DNA of 64,000 nt from Callorhinchus milii. Lineage: Eukaryota. Position numbers and translations under genes: made by a program. The number at the start of each line of letters is the position of its first letter. Position 1 is the first letter of the stretch. Below, piece by piece: positions 1-12,157 of this stretch. The stretch lies in the NCBI RefSeq assembly GCF_018977255.1, contig NW_024704743.1, forward strand, positions 88,662,001 through 88,726,000. The letters run 5' to 3'. Under the pieces are notes generated by a model, which did not search any database, had not been told where the DNA came from, and worked only from the letters and a program-made list of their open reading frames with translations.

Positions 1-2212
1 GCCCCAGGAGTGGCCTTGTGTTGCTATAATATGCACTTTAGTTACAAGCTGTAAAATATCGTGTATAAGATTAGGACCAATAACAGGCATCTCAAGTACG
101 AAAAGTTCTCATTGCCATGGACCATCTGCCATGTACGGAAATGCGAGGGTAGATGCAAGACCGAGGAGAGGCTTTCTGCAATACATTGTACAGCAGGTTA
201 ACCCATAACGTTTACTTTAGTGATAAATTTGAGCAGCGAGAAATTGAGAACAACTAATGTATTATTAGCATGGTACTTGTCGAGCTGGGAAAGGAATGCC
301 CTAACCTTTAGGCTTTGGCTCGCACAGTTAAGAACTTGTCTGCACCTGCACATCCACTTAGGGTGACTGCAAATCTGCCAGTTCAGCTCTGAGCGAATCA
401 TGCCTAACTCCTTTACCCTTTGCCTCCCTACCCACCAAATATAATGTGTGGACATTTTATCCACATTGTGAGGGTAAAGAGCTGAATGAACCTACAGGAA
501 TGGAACGCTGGACATTCTGTTCCCAAGAGAGGTGCACAGGTATTTAGCCACCTCTCTTCCCCCGCCCCCCTCTGCATTAGCTTACCATAAGCAAATGTTG
601 CGTAACCGAAACAATGACACTTGTTGTGTCATCTGCTTGCACATGCCATAATTGAATCGTGCAAGAGACAAAATGAGAGTAACAGAGGCCAATCAATGTG
701 ACTGATTTCCAGGCAGTTTCACCTCAGTTTGACCCTTTTCCACCCTACATTTACTTTACTATTGATTCAGTTCTCTGCAAGTTCACGCACTTATATGAAA
801 TTGAGTATGTTACACAGTATCACTTCATTTCCCCTCCCACCGAAGAAATGCTGATTTATCTGCCTGGAGTGGTCCATCCTGCTAACGTTATATGGCCAAA
901 AGTACCATAACAATATGGCGGAAAACTCTGTTAGTGTCATATATGCCGATTCAATTAGTTTACAAGACTGCCAGAGCACAAGTAGAATGGAGATAGATAA
1001 CTGGAAGCTCACTTGAGCAAAAGCATGTAGCGATCACTCCCACTCGGCATTTAGAACATTCACAAGAAAGTAAAATTAAAAATATATATCCTTAATCACC
1101 ATGAATTAAATGCATTGTTTCATTGCACAAGACAAACTGTTAGACATTTTATGGCACATCTATGATTTGTTTTATCTGCAGGCTGAAGGTGCAATTTGTT
1201 TTAATGTTGCTGTTACATCGAAATGAGGATAAAAATATGTAGTACCAACAATATCCAATGTTAATTGCTTTTCTCACAGTTGCATTATAAATGGCCTTTT
1301 CTACACTATATTTAATATAAAATGTGCTGTTCTGTAGCGTTCTGTTAAATCTCCAGGGTATAACTGAATATTTTCACATGGAATTACTTTGGATCCAGCC
1401 ACATAATGAGTCTCTGAGTGAATCTTTTCCTGCTCTCACTTGCTGGATTCACATAATTATGCCAGAGATCTGAAATTGTTGAATCTAAAGATTGAGCCTA
1501 ATGGTTTTGGACACCAGATAATCAAGCTCACAGAGACCAAATATTAACAATTTATTATCAGCAATGCAGAGGTACGGAAAAGGCATTGTTACTTAATCCG
1601 AAGAACAGGTAGAACGTGGCTTCTGCACTATATCTTCTCGAGTCTGCTCTCTTGTCAAAACAGCAGCTACATTCATATCTGACTTGTTTACTACATTTGA
1701 ACACTTTCTTTGGCTTCTGCATACCAAAACCATCTGGTGGCAAATACCTTTTCCACATAACTGCACTAGACAAAAGCAAGGGCATTAGATAAAGGAGAAC
1801 ACAGCATCTTCTAGCAAGGTTACAAAAGTTACATGAGTACCATCATCAACAAAATTTCAATTGAAGGTACAGCAGTACAAATGTTTAGTACTTTTCATTA
1901 TAGGCAAAATACATAGCAGTACAACACATAATCAGCAGTGTACAAGATCTAGGTTTGCCTTGATCATATTTTGGTAGGTACACTGCAGAACAGACTTAAG
2001 TCACAAAGCAGTAATGGTTTGTGAATGATATGAAGTGCTTACAGTTTACAAACTTTTTTTTGTATAATTACAATCTATATCTATTGGAATTGTTTCCAAA
2101 GGCATGTGTTTCCAATCTGTACTAAATTTCTTTCTATCTGATTTGTATTATACTGTACTTTTGACATGTTTTTGCTTGTTCCGCTGGGACTTATTTCAGG
2201 TTTATCAGAGTC

Positions 2213-2398
2213 ATAATAATAATAGTAATCCTTGCATTTGATGTAGCGCCTTATCACATCTTCAAGACATCTCAAAGCGCTTCACAGAATATACTGTAAA
2301 GTGAATTGACTGTATATTATGTGGACGAAACGCAGCAGCCAATTGCTCACAGGAGTGTCCCACAAACAGTCGTGGATTGAAGGGACCAATTTATCATT
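2213..2398 (-). mobile_element. SINE family A, 3' part
   Basis: Reverse complement of the Deu-like segment plus tail (...ATCAAATGCAAGGATTA(TTA)n) seen in the full copy at 24269-24591. Confidence 0.85.
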
Positions 2399-2399
2399 A

Positions 2400-3585
2400 A
2401 TATTTTTTTCTAGATTGAGCTGTAGTTAAGGGTTGAATAATTGCAATGTAGCATGTGGACTATTTAGAAATTATTAAAATCCAATTTTATGTTTGAATGG
2501 AGCTTACTATGGCGCCTTAGTTGTCCAATTAAATTTTAAAAATTGACTGGAGAAAAATCACTGTGGATTACATTCTGATTTTCAAAGAAATGAATGCTGG
2601 ACTCTTTAGAAATGTAAGTAACCCAAAGAATGAACTTTAATTGTGAAGAATTTGAGTATAACACACTGCAGAAAATGTAACCGTGGAATACTTTATTTAT
2701 GCCATAAATTCAGTGAGATGAAGTACAACTGATTTTGCAAACTGAAAATTGAGATGGAGTCTATTGATTGACAGCCTAAATGTTACTTGAGACTTGCAAC
2801 TAACTTAACTTTTTTAATTATTCTTTATAAATATCCAGGAAAGTGTTTTTAAACAGAATCTGAGTTGTCTTTGACCCTCCCCCCCCCCCCCCCTCTGTAC
2901 AAGCAAATGCTGAACTGATGGCTTTTAATGTAAAATGCCTTTTTTTGCAAATTATTATAGTGGAACTTTTTTTAATGATTGTGAATTGTCCTTTATATTT
3001 CGCAATTATTATAACATGTGTTTAAATTGTCTTGATACTGTACCTTTGCACATGGCAATAACCCTTTTGGATATATGTTGTGGTGTATACTGAGCATAGA
3101 ACTTCCTGATGAACTGTATCCTGCATCTTGCTGGACCTGTGGGAGTGATTAGTTTACTGGGGATATTAGATATCAGTGGGGAAGTGTGTACACTGACAGC
3201 TGATACAAATTTGCCAAACCAGAGTAAAAGTCCCTCACCAAACCAAAACACTTATCTATTGTAAATAACATGATCAGGTATAACCTAACCTTTGGGTTCA
3301 GCTGACTTGTAAACTGCCTGAGCATTGCTGCTATGGTATGTCATTTGATTAACTTCATTTGATCACAGTCTTGTTGTCTTTCCTGGAGATGCATTATTTT
3401 CTGTAGAAACGTCTTGAAAACTGATGGTTTATGTGCACATTGTAAAGTAGACCCTGTTGCTTACTCTAAAGTGCATTTCTTAATTGTGCCGTCAATAAAG
3501 AGTCATTATTTAATTTAATAATGTACCATTAGATATTTTAATAAAACTGATTTCTCGCACCATTAATATGTGTTTTTTCGTGATT
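2400..3585 (+). other. Possible distal 3' UTR / polyadenylation region of an upstream gene
   Basis: Repeat-poor, U-rich stretch. AATAAA at 3494-3499 and 3540-3545, followed by a GU/U-rich element (~3569-3585). TGTAAATA Pumilio-type motif at 3260-3267; TTTGCACA miR-19-type 8mer at 3045-3052. No terminal coding exon identified. Confidence 0.35.
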
Positions 3586-3734
3586 CCAAATTATTTATCA
3601 GTGCAGCTAGTGTGCTTATGTGCCTAAATATGCTGCTCATTTCAAATGACCCTTTGTTCAACGTAATTCTCTTTATTTGACAAGTAATTGAAACCCTGCT
3701 CATAGCTTATTTTTAGGTCTGACCTTGTTTAAAG

Positions 3735-3828
3735 ATAATAATCCTTGCATTTGATATTGCGTCTTATCTCATCGAGACGTCTCAAAGTGTTTCACAGGAT
3801 ATACTGTAAAGTGGATTGACTGTATTTT
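3735..3828 (-). mobile_element. SINE family A tail fragment
   Basis: ATAATAATCCTTGCATTTGATATTGCG...GAGACGTCTCAAAGTGTTTCACAG is the reverse complement of the family tail. Confidence 0.8.
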
Positions 3829-4061
3829 CCACCTGATTGTTGATCTTGATTGGTTGTTCTTAGAGAAACATGTTTGGATCTAGCAGCTGAAGAATTCCTC
3901 AAATCGACAACTTCTTGTTTATACCCCACTGAGTGGACCGCAACTGCTGATTTGAGTACATTCAGATGTATTTGGGTGCCCAAAGTTGCTGTCGAGTCTC
4001 TTCACAATTTTTTAAGAAGTCTCAAATTGAGGATCTTGAATTCACTTGGGGTGATCCTGGT

Positions 4062-4462
4062 GGGCTGATCCTGAGCCAGGGGAGAGGGAGGGGGGAGGTG
4101 ACAGTAAACACGATGAAAAAGGAAGGTCTTCAGGTGGGATTTGAAAGTGGGGAGGGAGGGGGCAATGTGGAGGGATTGAGGGAGAGAGTTCCAGAGTTTC
4201 GGGGTGTAGTGGCTGAAGGCGCGGCTACCGATGGTGGAGCAGAGGGGATGAGAGACGGACAGGAGGTTAGAGCCAGCCGATTGGATGCAGCGGGTGGTGG
4301 AGTTAGGGGTAACCAGATCGGATAGGTAAGGAGGTGCGATGGAATGAAGAGATTTGAAAACAAGTGAGAGGATCGGAAATCAATCAGTTTGGTAATTGGG
4401 AACCAGTGGAGCCTGGCTAGGTCTGGTTTGATAGATATACGGAGTTTTGTGCGGATAAGTAT
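4062..4462 (-). mobile_element. Degenerate L2-clade LINE 3' fragment
   Basis: Minus strand resembles the L2 ORF2 C-terminal region seen in the younger copies at 43.6-44.0 kb. Confidence 0.7.
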
Positions 4463-4574
4463 CTGGTCACATGATCCAATTTAAACAGTATTGAAGGACA
4501 TCAGCAACCGAGCCAATGCCTGTGTACACCACATGCACACTGGGCAACAAGCCTGGAGATAACAAGCCTTACAA

Positions 4575-4945
4575 TTGATATAGCTCCTTTCGCATCAGGA
4601 GGACATCTCAAAGGATTGTAAAATGTAGTGGCTCTTGTTTTGGAAGTGAATGCTGCAGACAATTTGTGCACAGCAATGTCCCACAAACATCCATGAAGTG
4701 AATGACCAGTTTTCATTTGAGGAATTGTTGGCCAGGATACCGGAACTAATTGCATCTCTTTTCGAGCAGCGCCATAGGATCTTTAACGTCCACCTGAATG
4801 GGCAGACACACCCTTGGTTTAACACCTCAGCCAAAGTTTGACACCTCTCAAAAATGCAGCACACATCCGGTATTGTATTGCCTAGACTATGTGAGTTCAA
4901 AGTCCTAACGTGGGACTTAAACCTACAGCTAATGTTTCTGTGATA
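4575..4945 (-). mobile_element. SINE family B (SacSINE1/DeuSINE-like)
   Basis: Deu-domain-like CACAGCAATGTCCCACAAAC ... GGATCTTTAACGTCCACCTGAA ... CTTGGTTTAAC; aligns with 32552-32970. Confidence 0.75.
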
Positions 4946-5017
4946 TGGAAAGATAAAGCACAATTTACTCCAATTTCCTATTTCAAATGATCCTGAACTT
5001 CTAGGAAGTGTTTGCTC

Positions 5018-5083
5018 GACTGTCCAGTGCCTTGGGACGTCATCCCAGAATGAAAGGCACTATATAAATGCAATTTGTTGTTG
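5018..5083 (+). mobile_element. L2 3' tail fragment
   Basis: CAGTGCCTTGGGACGTC...TGAAAGGCACTATATAAATGCAATTTGTTGTTG. Confidence 0.75.
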
Positions 5084-5789
5084 GTCCCTCTTGTGCCGCC
5101 AGCTGAGATGTTGCTCGATGTCACTTGACTCTATTTCTCCCCACTGCTCCCTCCCCCCAGGTTTATGACGGGGTTATGAGATTTTTCATTATGTGACTTT
5201 CTACCAACAAGCCATGTGCCCTTAATAGAAATTCTTCTGTTGGGCTTCATATTTATACACCACCCACCAGCTTGGATATCAAATGCAAGGATTATTATTA
5301 GATGCGTATTTGCATAGCATCAGGTTTCTGGTACCATCAAATACCACTACAACGGAAAGCTTCCCAACTACCGTTCCAGAGCAGTACTCCTTTAAATGTC
5401 GCCAAAGACCATTCATATGTGAGGCCAAAAACAACCCCAGTCATTTCCTTAAAACTACTGGTAAAAATAAAATCTAGTGAGAATCTGGTTAATGTTATAT
5501 TTCTAGGGTTGAAATTCCAATCGTTCTACAGTAAAGAGCAATGGAGAGTAAAGAGCAACGGAGAATTTGTTTTGCATGCGAAGCTTAGCACAACCACATT
5601 CTGTGTCCAGCGGAGTTTACTGAATGCATTGTTTAGTGAGTGGTTGCCCTTGTGATGAGGATCCAAGTCCGCAAAAGCATGTATTTGAGTGCAGGCTCTG
5701 ATCCATTACTACTGTGCAAGGGGGACTGGCCATATAAGATGAAAAATCAAGCAGACCTGGGACTGCACACTTAATTCTTTATGTGCTTA

Positions 5790-6038
5790 TGCTGTTAAGG
5801 GGTGCTCTTACAGTCTCAGGCCTTACGCTCCTTGTACAGCACAATTGTAATTATACTCCCTGGCTCAATCCCTCCTCCCTTGCCACTCTTTGCCTATCTT
5901 TAGATTGCATCTGAAGACTTTTCTTTTTGACTATATTGACGGTCATCTTCCCTTTCTGCCGGGCTCAGCATCAAATTACACCATTGTTCAGACTCTGCCC
6001 CGTGTGAAGAACGCTCTACAAATACAAGTTGTTGTTGT
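5790..6038 (+). mobile_element. Old L2 3' end
   Basis: Encodes IFRLHLKTFLFD (L2 C-terminal FK..LKT.LF motif) and ends in ACAAGTTGTTGTTG. Confidence 0.7.
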
Positions 6039-6040
6039 CT

Positions 6041-6525
6041 GGCAAGGATGTACTTGCCTTGGAGGGGTGCAGCTAGATTTACCAGGGATGAAGGGGATGA
6101 ATTACAAGGATAGGCTGACCAATTTGGGCCTTTATTCTCTAGAATATAGAAGAATTAGAGGGGATCTTAAAGGGCATGATAGAGTAGATAGTGGGAGATT
6201 GTTTCCCCTGGTTGGAGAAACTAAAACCAGGGGTCACAATCTTAAAATCAGAGGCCAGCCCTTTCGCACTGAGTTGAGGAAGAACTTCTTCACTCAAAGG
6301 GTGGTGAATGTATGGAACTCGCTACCCCAAAGGGCTGTTGACGCTCACTCCTTGAACATAATCAAGACTGAGATAGATATATTTCTTATTGCAAAAGGGA
6401 TTAAGGGATATGGGGATAAGGCAGGGTTAGGTTATTAGCTGGAGTTAGATTAAAAGATCAGTCATGATTGAATGGCAGGGCAGGCTCGAAGGGCCGAATG
6501 GCCTACTCCTGCTCCTACATGTTAT
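6041..6525 (+). mobile_element. CR1-clade LINE 3' end
   Basis: Encodes PGMKGMNYKDRLTNLGLYSLEYRRIRGDL...TRGHNLKI...FFTQRVVNVWNSLP, then a CR1-type 3' UTR GGCTCGAAGGGCCGAATGGCCTACTCCTGCTCCTA. Confidence 0.92.
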
Positions 6526-6905
6526 GTTAATCTTAAGCATGATAATAGGTTTCTGCATGTGTTTAACACTTGGTTGACCAAAACCAACAATACCACACAG
6601 TGTAACAGCTGTTGTAAATAGGTACAAGATCTAGAATGGCCCCTTTGCAAACGTTAACAGCGTAAACACAAATCCATTGTAGGTCTGTGATGTTGAAAGC
6701 ACTCCTCCTTGCAGGGACATGTTAGCATTCTCATGTATGCTGCATCTTAAAGGAAACTAAAAAAAACAGCACTGAAGGAAATCTAGCTGGGTCTCTGCAG
6801 GTTTGTTTAAAGTTTTGTGGTTTCACCTCAGGAAACTTTAGTTCAAAGTCGGACCAAATCAGCAAGAGGTCATCAAAGCTGTCAGTTCATTCAAAGTCAC
6901 TTGGT

Positions 6906-6967
6906 TATAGTGAGTGCTTCACAGTATACCAGTATAGTGAGTGCTTCACAGTATAGTGAGTGCTTCA
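6906..6967. repeat. Short tandem repeat, ~19-26-bp unit x3
   Basis: TATAGTGAGTGCTTCA occurs three times in tandem. Confidence 0.85.
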
Positions 6968-7095
6968 TGGGTTTCATTATTCCGTTGATATTGTATCATG
7001 ACAGTGATCTCAATCAATAATGCCATATTACAGGGGAAATCCTCTTGAACATTAAGGTAATTGACTAGCTACCCAAATTCAAACTTAGAAAGTTA

Positions 7096-7270
7096 ATAAT
7101 GATAATCCTTACATTGATATTGCGCCTTTCACGTTGGGAAGAGGAAATGTTACAACACTTCACAGGGTTCACTGTGATATACAGTCACTTTATTTTGTTG
7201 GCAAATGTGGCAGCCAATTTTCACATAGCAATGTCCCACAAACAATGAAGTGTTGATGTAAATCGTCACT
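7096..7270 (-). mobile_element. SINE (Deu-like segment plus tail) fragment
   Basis: AATAATGATAATCCTTAC... GGCAGCCAATTTTCACATAGCAATGTCCCACAAAC. Confidence 0.7.
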
Positions 7271-7692
7271 GGATTCAGACACTGAGATAGCCAAAAAGAG
7301 AGATGTTTGCAATTGTGGCAAATATTTTAACGACAGTACAGTATCAATTTTGCAGAAAGGAATAGTTACCAATCTGGGGAACAAAGGAAGTAGTTAACTG
7401 TTTTCTTCTGGTCAGCTGGGCATCTGAACCCCATCACCATGCTTATGAGTATCCAAACCAAGCTGAGATTTTCATACATCCCAGCTACACATGGAAATCC
7501 CAGAGATAGATTTTTGGAATGGATTGCGCTCTCTCTTCCTGGATGGATGCATTCTGCTTACCTAATTCTGGAAAGTATTAGGCACAGGTTGGCAAGAGCC
7601 AAGACTGGGGGACCCCAGAGTGTGTGGGGGTACTGCTGGAGTCTAACCAACTAAACCTACACAGCTTGCTATTGATATTGCTGTCCAGCTAG

Positions 7693-7763
7693 CTTTGCTT
7701 AGTGCCTTGGGAAGTCGTCCTCCCGACGTGAAAGGCGCTTTACAAATATAATTTTGTTGCTGT
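7693..7763 (+). mobile_element. L2 tail fragment with 11-bp target-site duplication
   Basis: Tail GTGCCTTGGGA...CTCCCGACGTGAAAGGCGC...TTGTTG is flanked by TGTCCAGCTAG at 7682-7692 and 7764-7774. Confidence 0.8.
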
Positions 7764-8344
7764 TGTCCAGCTAGAACCATCCTACCCATTAGGGCTTTGG
7801 CTTGCAGAATTAACATGTACTAAGTGGAAGGGCAGACCAGCCCCCAGTGACTGGTCTGATCTTCCGGCTCATGCTGATGAGCCAGACTGGCTGTGTTGTC
7901 ATCAGCAGTGCCCTGGCATACTGCAGACCCACCTGGCTCAGGAATCGGATTACCGAGACCGCCACAGAGGGCTGACTTGATTCATTGCGAGCCAGTTCAG
8001 CTCCAAGGACACCCCGCTTACCTCTCCCCAAGGAAGATAATCTTGTTAGCGACAAGAGTCTCTTCACCTTTATCTTTTCTTCTTTGTCTTTGTTTCCTTT
8101 CTTTTATTCTTTATCTGTTAGCTTTGTCTGTTCCAAAAAGCGGCAGCTCTACCAGCTACATTTCTACCTGACTTGTTTACTTAGACTTTCCTTCAACTCC
8201 AGCTACAGTGCCATCTGGTTTACCTCACAGATACGTTCTTGATTTTATTTTTCAATTAACAAAAGACCATCTCATTAAAACATTCAGTCTCTACATCACC
8301 ACATCAGTAAAAACAAGAACATTAGATTTGGAAGCATACATTTC

Positions 8345-10490
8345 TTCTTCCTTAAACGTGATACTGGAGGCCAACAATAACTCCCAAATCCTATTCTCCA
8401 CTGCCCACCACCTCCTCCGTGCGCCCCCTCAAGCAGCCTCAATCATCACAGCTAATGCCAAGTGCGAAGAGGTCATGGACTTCCTTACCATTAAAATTGA
8501 CAATATCCGCCTGGCAGCTTTATCCTTCTGCCCCGTGTCACCTACTACCACTCCCCCTCACCCACCCCGCCCTCAGCTCCTACCACAGCCCCCATCCTAC
8601 ATTCATTTGCCCCCATCTCTCCTTCCTCCCTCTCATCCATCATCAACACAATGAAACCCACCACCTGCTGCCTCGACCCCCTCCCCACCCAACTGCTAAT
8701 CACTCAGCTCTCCCTCCTCTACACACTGCTGGCAGACACTATTAACCAGTCTCTCTCCTCAGGATCAGTCCCACTTGCCCTCAAAACCGCGGTCATTAGC
8801 CCCTCCTTAAAAAATCTACCCTCGATCCCTCCAACCTCGACCACTACCGCCCTAACTCAAACCTGCCCTTCCTTGCCAAAGTTCTGGAATGCATTGTTGC
8901 CAACCAACTTTGCGCACACCTCTCTCTCCACACCCTACTTGAACCCCTCCAGTCCGGCTTCCGCCCTGCCCACAGTACAGAGACAGCTCTCATGAAAGTC
9001 ATAAACGATATCTTCTCTATCTGTGACCAGGGCTCCCTCTGCCTCCTCATCCTCCTGGACCTCTCTGACGCGTTCGACCCATCATCCTCCACTGCCTGTC
9101 CTCCATCATCCACCTCAGTGGGACCGCACTAGCTTGGTTCGAGTCCTACCTTACAAACCACTAGCACTACATTTCCGCAAATGGCTTTTCTTCTCTCCCT
9201 CTGGGTGATGTCATCCACAGACACGGGGTTAACTTCCACATGTATGTGGATGACACTCAACTCTACTTTTACACCTCCAGCTGCGAACCCCAATCCCCTG
9301 ATGTTCTATCAGTTTGTCTGTTGGACATCAAGAGCAAATTTCCGGCAGTTAAACGTTAACAAGATGGAAGTCATACTCTTTGGCTCCTGCCGACATCTTC
9401 CGTCTCACAGTTCTGACCTCCTCAACCTACCCGACCTGTCCTTAAAACTCTCTGAACCCGTGCGCAACTTAGGCGTCAGGTTCGATCCCCAGTCATCTTT
9501 CCTCCCCCACATCCAGTCCCTGACCAGCACCGCTGTCTTCCACCTCCACCACATTGCCCATCTCTGACAATACCTTACCCCAAAAGCTGCCGAAAGCCTT
9601 GTCCATGCCTTTGTCACCTCTCGGCTGGACTACTCTAATGCCCTCCTCACCAGTCTCCCCTCCTCCACTATCCACAAAATTCAGCTCATTCAAAACTCCG
9701 CAGCCCACATTCTCACCTGCACCAAACTTTGTACCCCGATTATTCCAGTCCTTACCAAACTCCACTGGCTCCCTGTCACAGAGCAGATCAGCTTCAAGAT
9801 CCTCACTCTAAATCCCTCCATTCGTTGGCACCTTCCTATCTCTCTAACCTCCTCTCTCCCCACAGCAGTACCTGCTGCTTCCCCTCTACTGGGTCCGGTC
9901 TCCTCCGTGTCCCCTGAATCATCCGCTCCACCATCGGCAGCCGTGCCCTCAGCCACTACTCCCTGAAACTTTGGAACTCCCTCCCTCACCCCTTCGCCTG
10001 GCCTCCTCCTTCCCCATCTTCAGATCACGCCTGAAGATCTTCCTCTTCAGAGCCCCCAGGCTCTGGAACTCCATCCCCCAGTGCCTTCGCCTTGCTTCCT
10101 CCCTTTCCTCCTTCAAGGCCGGTCTCAAAACCTTTCTCTTTGACCGTGCCTTCAGCTCCCCTCTCGACTCTCTTCCTCCTCCTCGCTCCCTCCCTTCCCT
10201 CCCCTCACCCTGACCATTTCCCCCCTCCTCTCTCCCTCCCTTCCCTCCCTCCCCTCACCCTGACCATTTCCCCCCTGCTCGGGTCATGACCCAACTGTGC
10301 AGCGCCTTGGGACGTCCTCCTGACGTGAAAGGCGCTCTATAAATGGAATCTTGTTGTTGTTGTTGTTCGACCGTGCCTTTGGTCACCTTCCCCCTCCTCT
10401 TGGCTCGGCCTCGGTCTCTGCCATTGTTAAGCGTTCTGAGACGCCGCCGGCATGGAGGAGGCTATATCAATGCAAGTTGTTGTTGTTATT
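8345..10490 (+). mobile_element. Older L2-clade LINE, 5'-truncated, frameshifted RT, interrupted at 10048-10368
   Basis: Fragments [67 protein letters not shown]; internal deletion near 9200; ends in (TTG)n at ~10477-10487. Confidence 0.92.
10048..10368 (+). mobile_element. Young L2 3' fragment nested in older L2
   Basis: [34 protein letters not shown], near-identical to the 43.4-43.75 kb copy; ends in (TTG)n; the host resumes with GACCGTGCCTTTGG. Confidence 0.92.
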
Positions 10491-10779
10491 ACCGTACCAA
10501 GAAGAGGAAGGAAAAGACAGCAAACATTAATCAAGTCTAACAAGGAAGTCACAAGTTATCATCAAAATTTCCCTTAAAGGTATAGCAGTACAAATGTTCA
10601 GTATTTTTTCATTGTAGGCAAAATGCATATTAATACAACTGCAAACTCATCAACTTAACAAGCTTTCACCAATCTATGGTGTTAAAGTGATTACAAATAT
10701 ATGTTTCATGTTGGCATAGCTTAACAATAGGGTTTATTCATCATTCTTATGTCAAGAACAGCTTGCCCATAATGCTTCG

Positions 10780-11010
10780 TGTTGTTGGCTAGGATATCGG
10801 AGAAACTCCCTTCTCTTTTTGAATAGTGCCATTGGAAATTTAATATCCATCTGAACAGGGAATGTAGACCTCAGGCCAATATTTCATCTGAAAGATGGCA
10901 CCTCCGACAGTGTTACACAGCACTTTATTGGAGTTTCGGCCCAGGGCCCACATGGGGCTTGAATCCACAACCTTCTGACTCAGTGATGAAAGTGCTCATA
11001 ACTGAGCTGG
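10780..11010 (-). mobile_element. SINE family B, 5' half
   Basis: GGAGAAACTCCCTTCTCTTTTTGAATAGTG ... CTTGAATCCACAACCTTCTGACTCAG (tRNA-like head, reverse complement). Confidence 0.75.
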
Positions 11011-11267
11011 GCGGAGACCTGCATTGTCCTGTCACAACCGGTCAAAATATTCACCCTCTACCTCGTTGGGTTCCTTACATGGGTGTGTTGCACTCTGATG
11101 AAGGCACAGAAAGCACTAGTGGGAATGCATCTCTAGGACCCCAAGGTTGCCTGGTCTTTGAGCCTAACCCCCTCACATCTTTTGTGTATTTTCTCTGCTT
11201 TCTTAAGGCCGGTTCTTTATTTGTAGATGGTACAGCTCAGAAAAAGGATGCTCAGTCATCCAGTCTG

Positions 11268-11757
11268 GATGGTGTTTATACTCCAAACAAGTGCCTTTCC
11301 TAGTCCCCAGTCCCATATTCCATCTATTTCCCATATCCCTTTATTCTTTCTTAACCTTGTTTCCTGTGTTTTTCTGTGTGTGCTCATGGTTGCTGCCTGA
11401 ACAACTGACTGTGGCAGAGAATTTCACACTCCTACCACTCTCTGTGTGATAAAGATTTTCTTAATTTCTGCTTGACCTACAACAGCAACAACATGCATTT
11501 ATAGAATGCCCTTCACATGGGGTAGCGTCCCAGAACACTTTATAATCCTAGTTCTGATTATATAACTACGCTCTCTTTCTAGCGCCCCTGACCCCCAGAA
11601 ATAATCTTTGGCTGTCCAACCTCCCTAAGCCTCCAAACATCTTAGACTCTATCATATCCACTCTCAGCCTTCTGATCTCCAAAGAAACTGCAGTTTATCA
11701 AGCCTTTCCCTAAAACCGCATTTTCTCATTCCAGGCACCATCTTGGTGAACTTTTAG
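11268..11757 (-). mobile_element. Old CR1 3' fragment with a small L2 tail inserted (~11480-11540)
   Basis: CCTACCACTCTCTGTGTG (reverse complement of the TQRVV motif) and CATTCCAGGCACCATCTTGGTGAAC, similar to 34750-35990. Confidence 0.6.
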
Positions 11758-11784
11758 TGAAGTGAATCTTGACTAAACCAACTT

Positions 11785-12157
11785 CAGAGCCTTAACCCTA
11801 CCTCTGTGATCTCCTAATCCCCTACCAACCCACCCGCTCCCTCTGCTCAACCGGCTCTGGCCTGCTCCACATCCCCTGACCCACCCGCCCCACCATATGC
11901 GGGAGAGCCTTCAGCCACTTTGCCCCCAATCTCTAGAATACCATCCCACAACCACTCCGCCTCGCCCCCTCCTTAGCCTCCTTCAAGTCCCGCCTCAAGA
12001 CCCTCCTTTTCAATCATGCCATCGGTCACCCCACTTCCCCTCCCCTCCCTTCCCCTCCCTGACCCCAGCTCGGGTCAGAAATGCTGTTCTCTGTCCAGTA
12101 CCTTGGGATGTCCTCCCAACGTGAAAGGTGCTATACAAATGTAATCTTGTTGTTGTT
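11785..12157 (+). mobile_element. L2 3' fragment
   Basis: C-terminal motifs (LLIPYQPTRSL, FSHFAPNL, SFKSRLKTLLF) and a tail ending in (TTG)n. Confidence 0.88.

Noticed and set aside
1597..1788. Start-less open frame SEEQVERGFCTISSRV... with a faint hAT-like ERxF motif
   Set aside because: Only a 4-residue resemblance, with no other transposase motifs or TIRs.
5652..5701. C/D box snoRNA-like GTGATGA...CTGA
   Set aside because: Only ~50 nt, with no terminal stem and no recognisable antisense element.
11095..11122. CTGATGA-AGGCACA-GAAAGC, hammerhead-core-like
   Set aside because: The 7 nt between the motifs cannot form stem II, and no stems I/III are evident.
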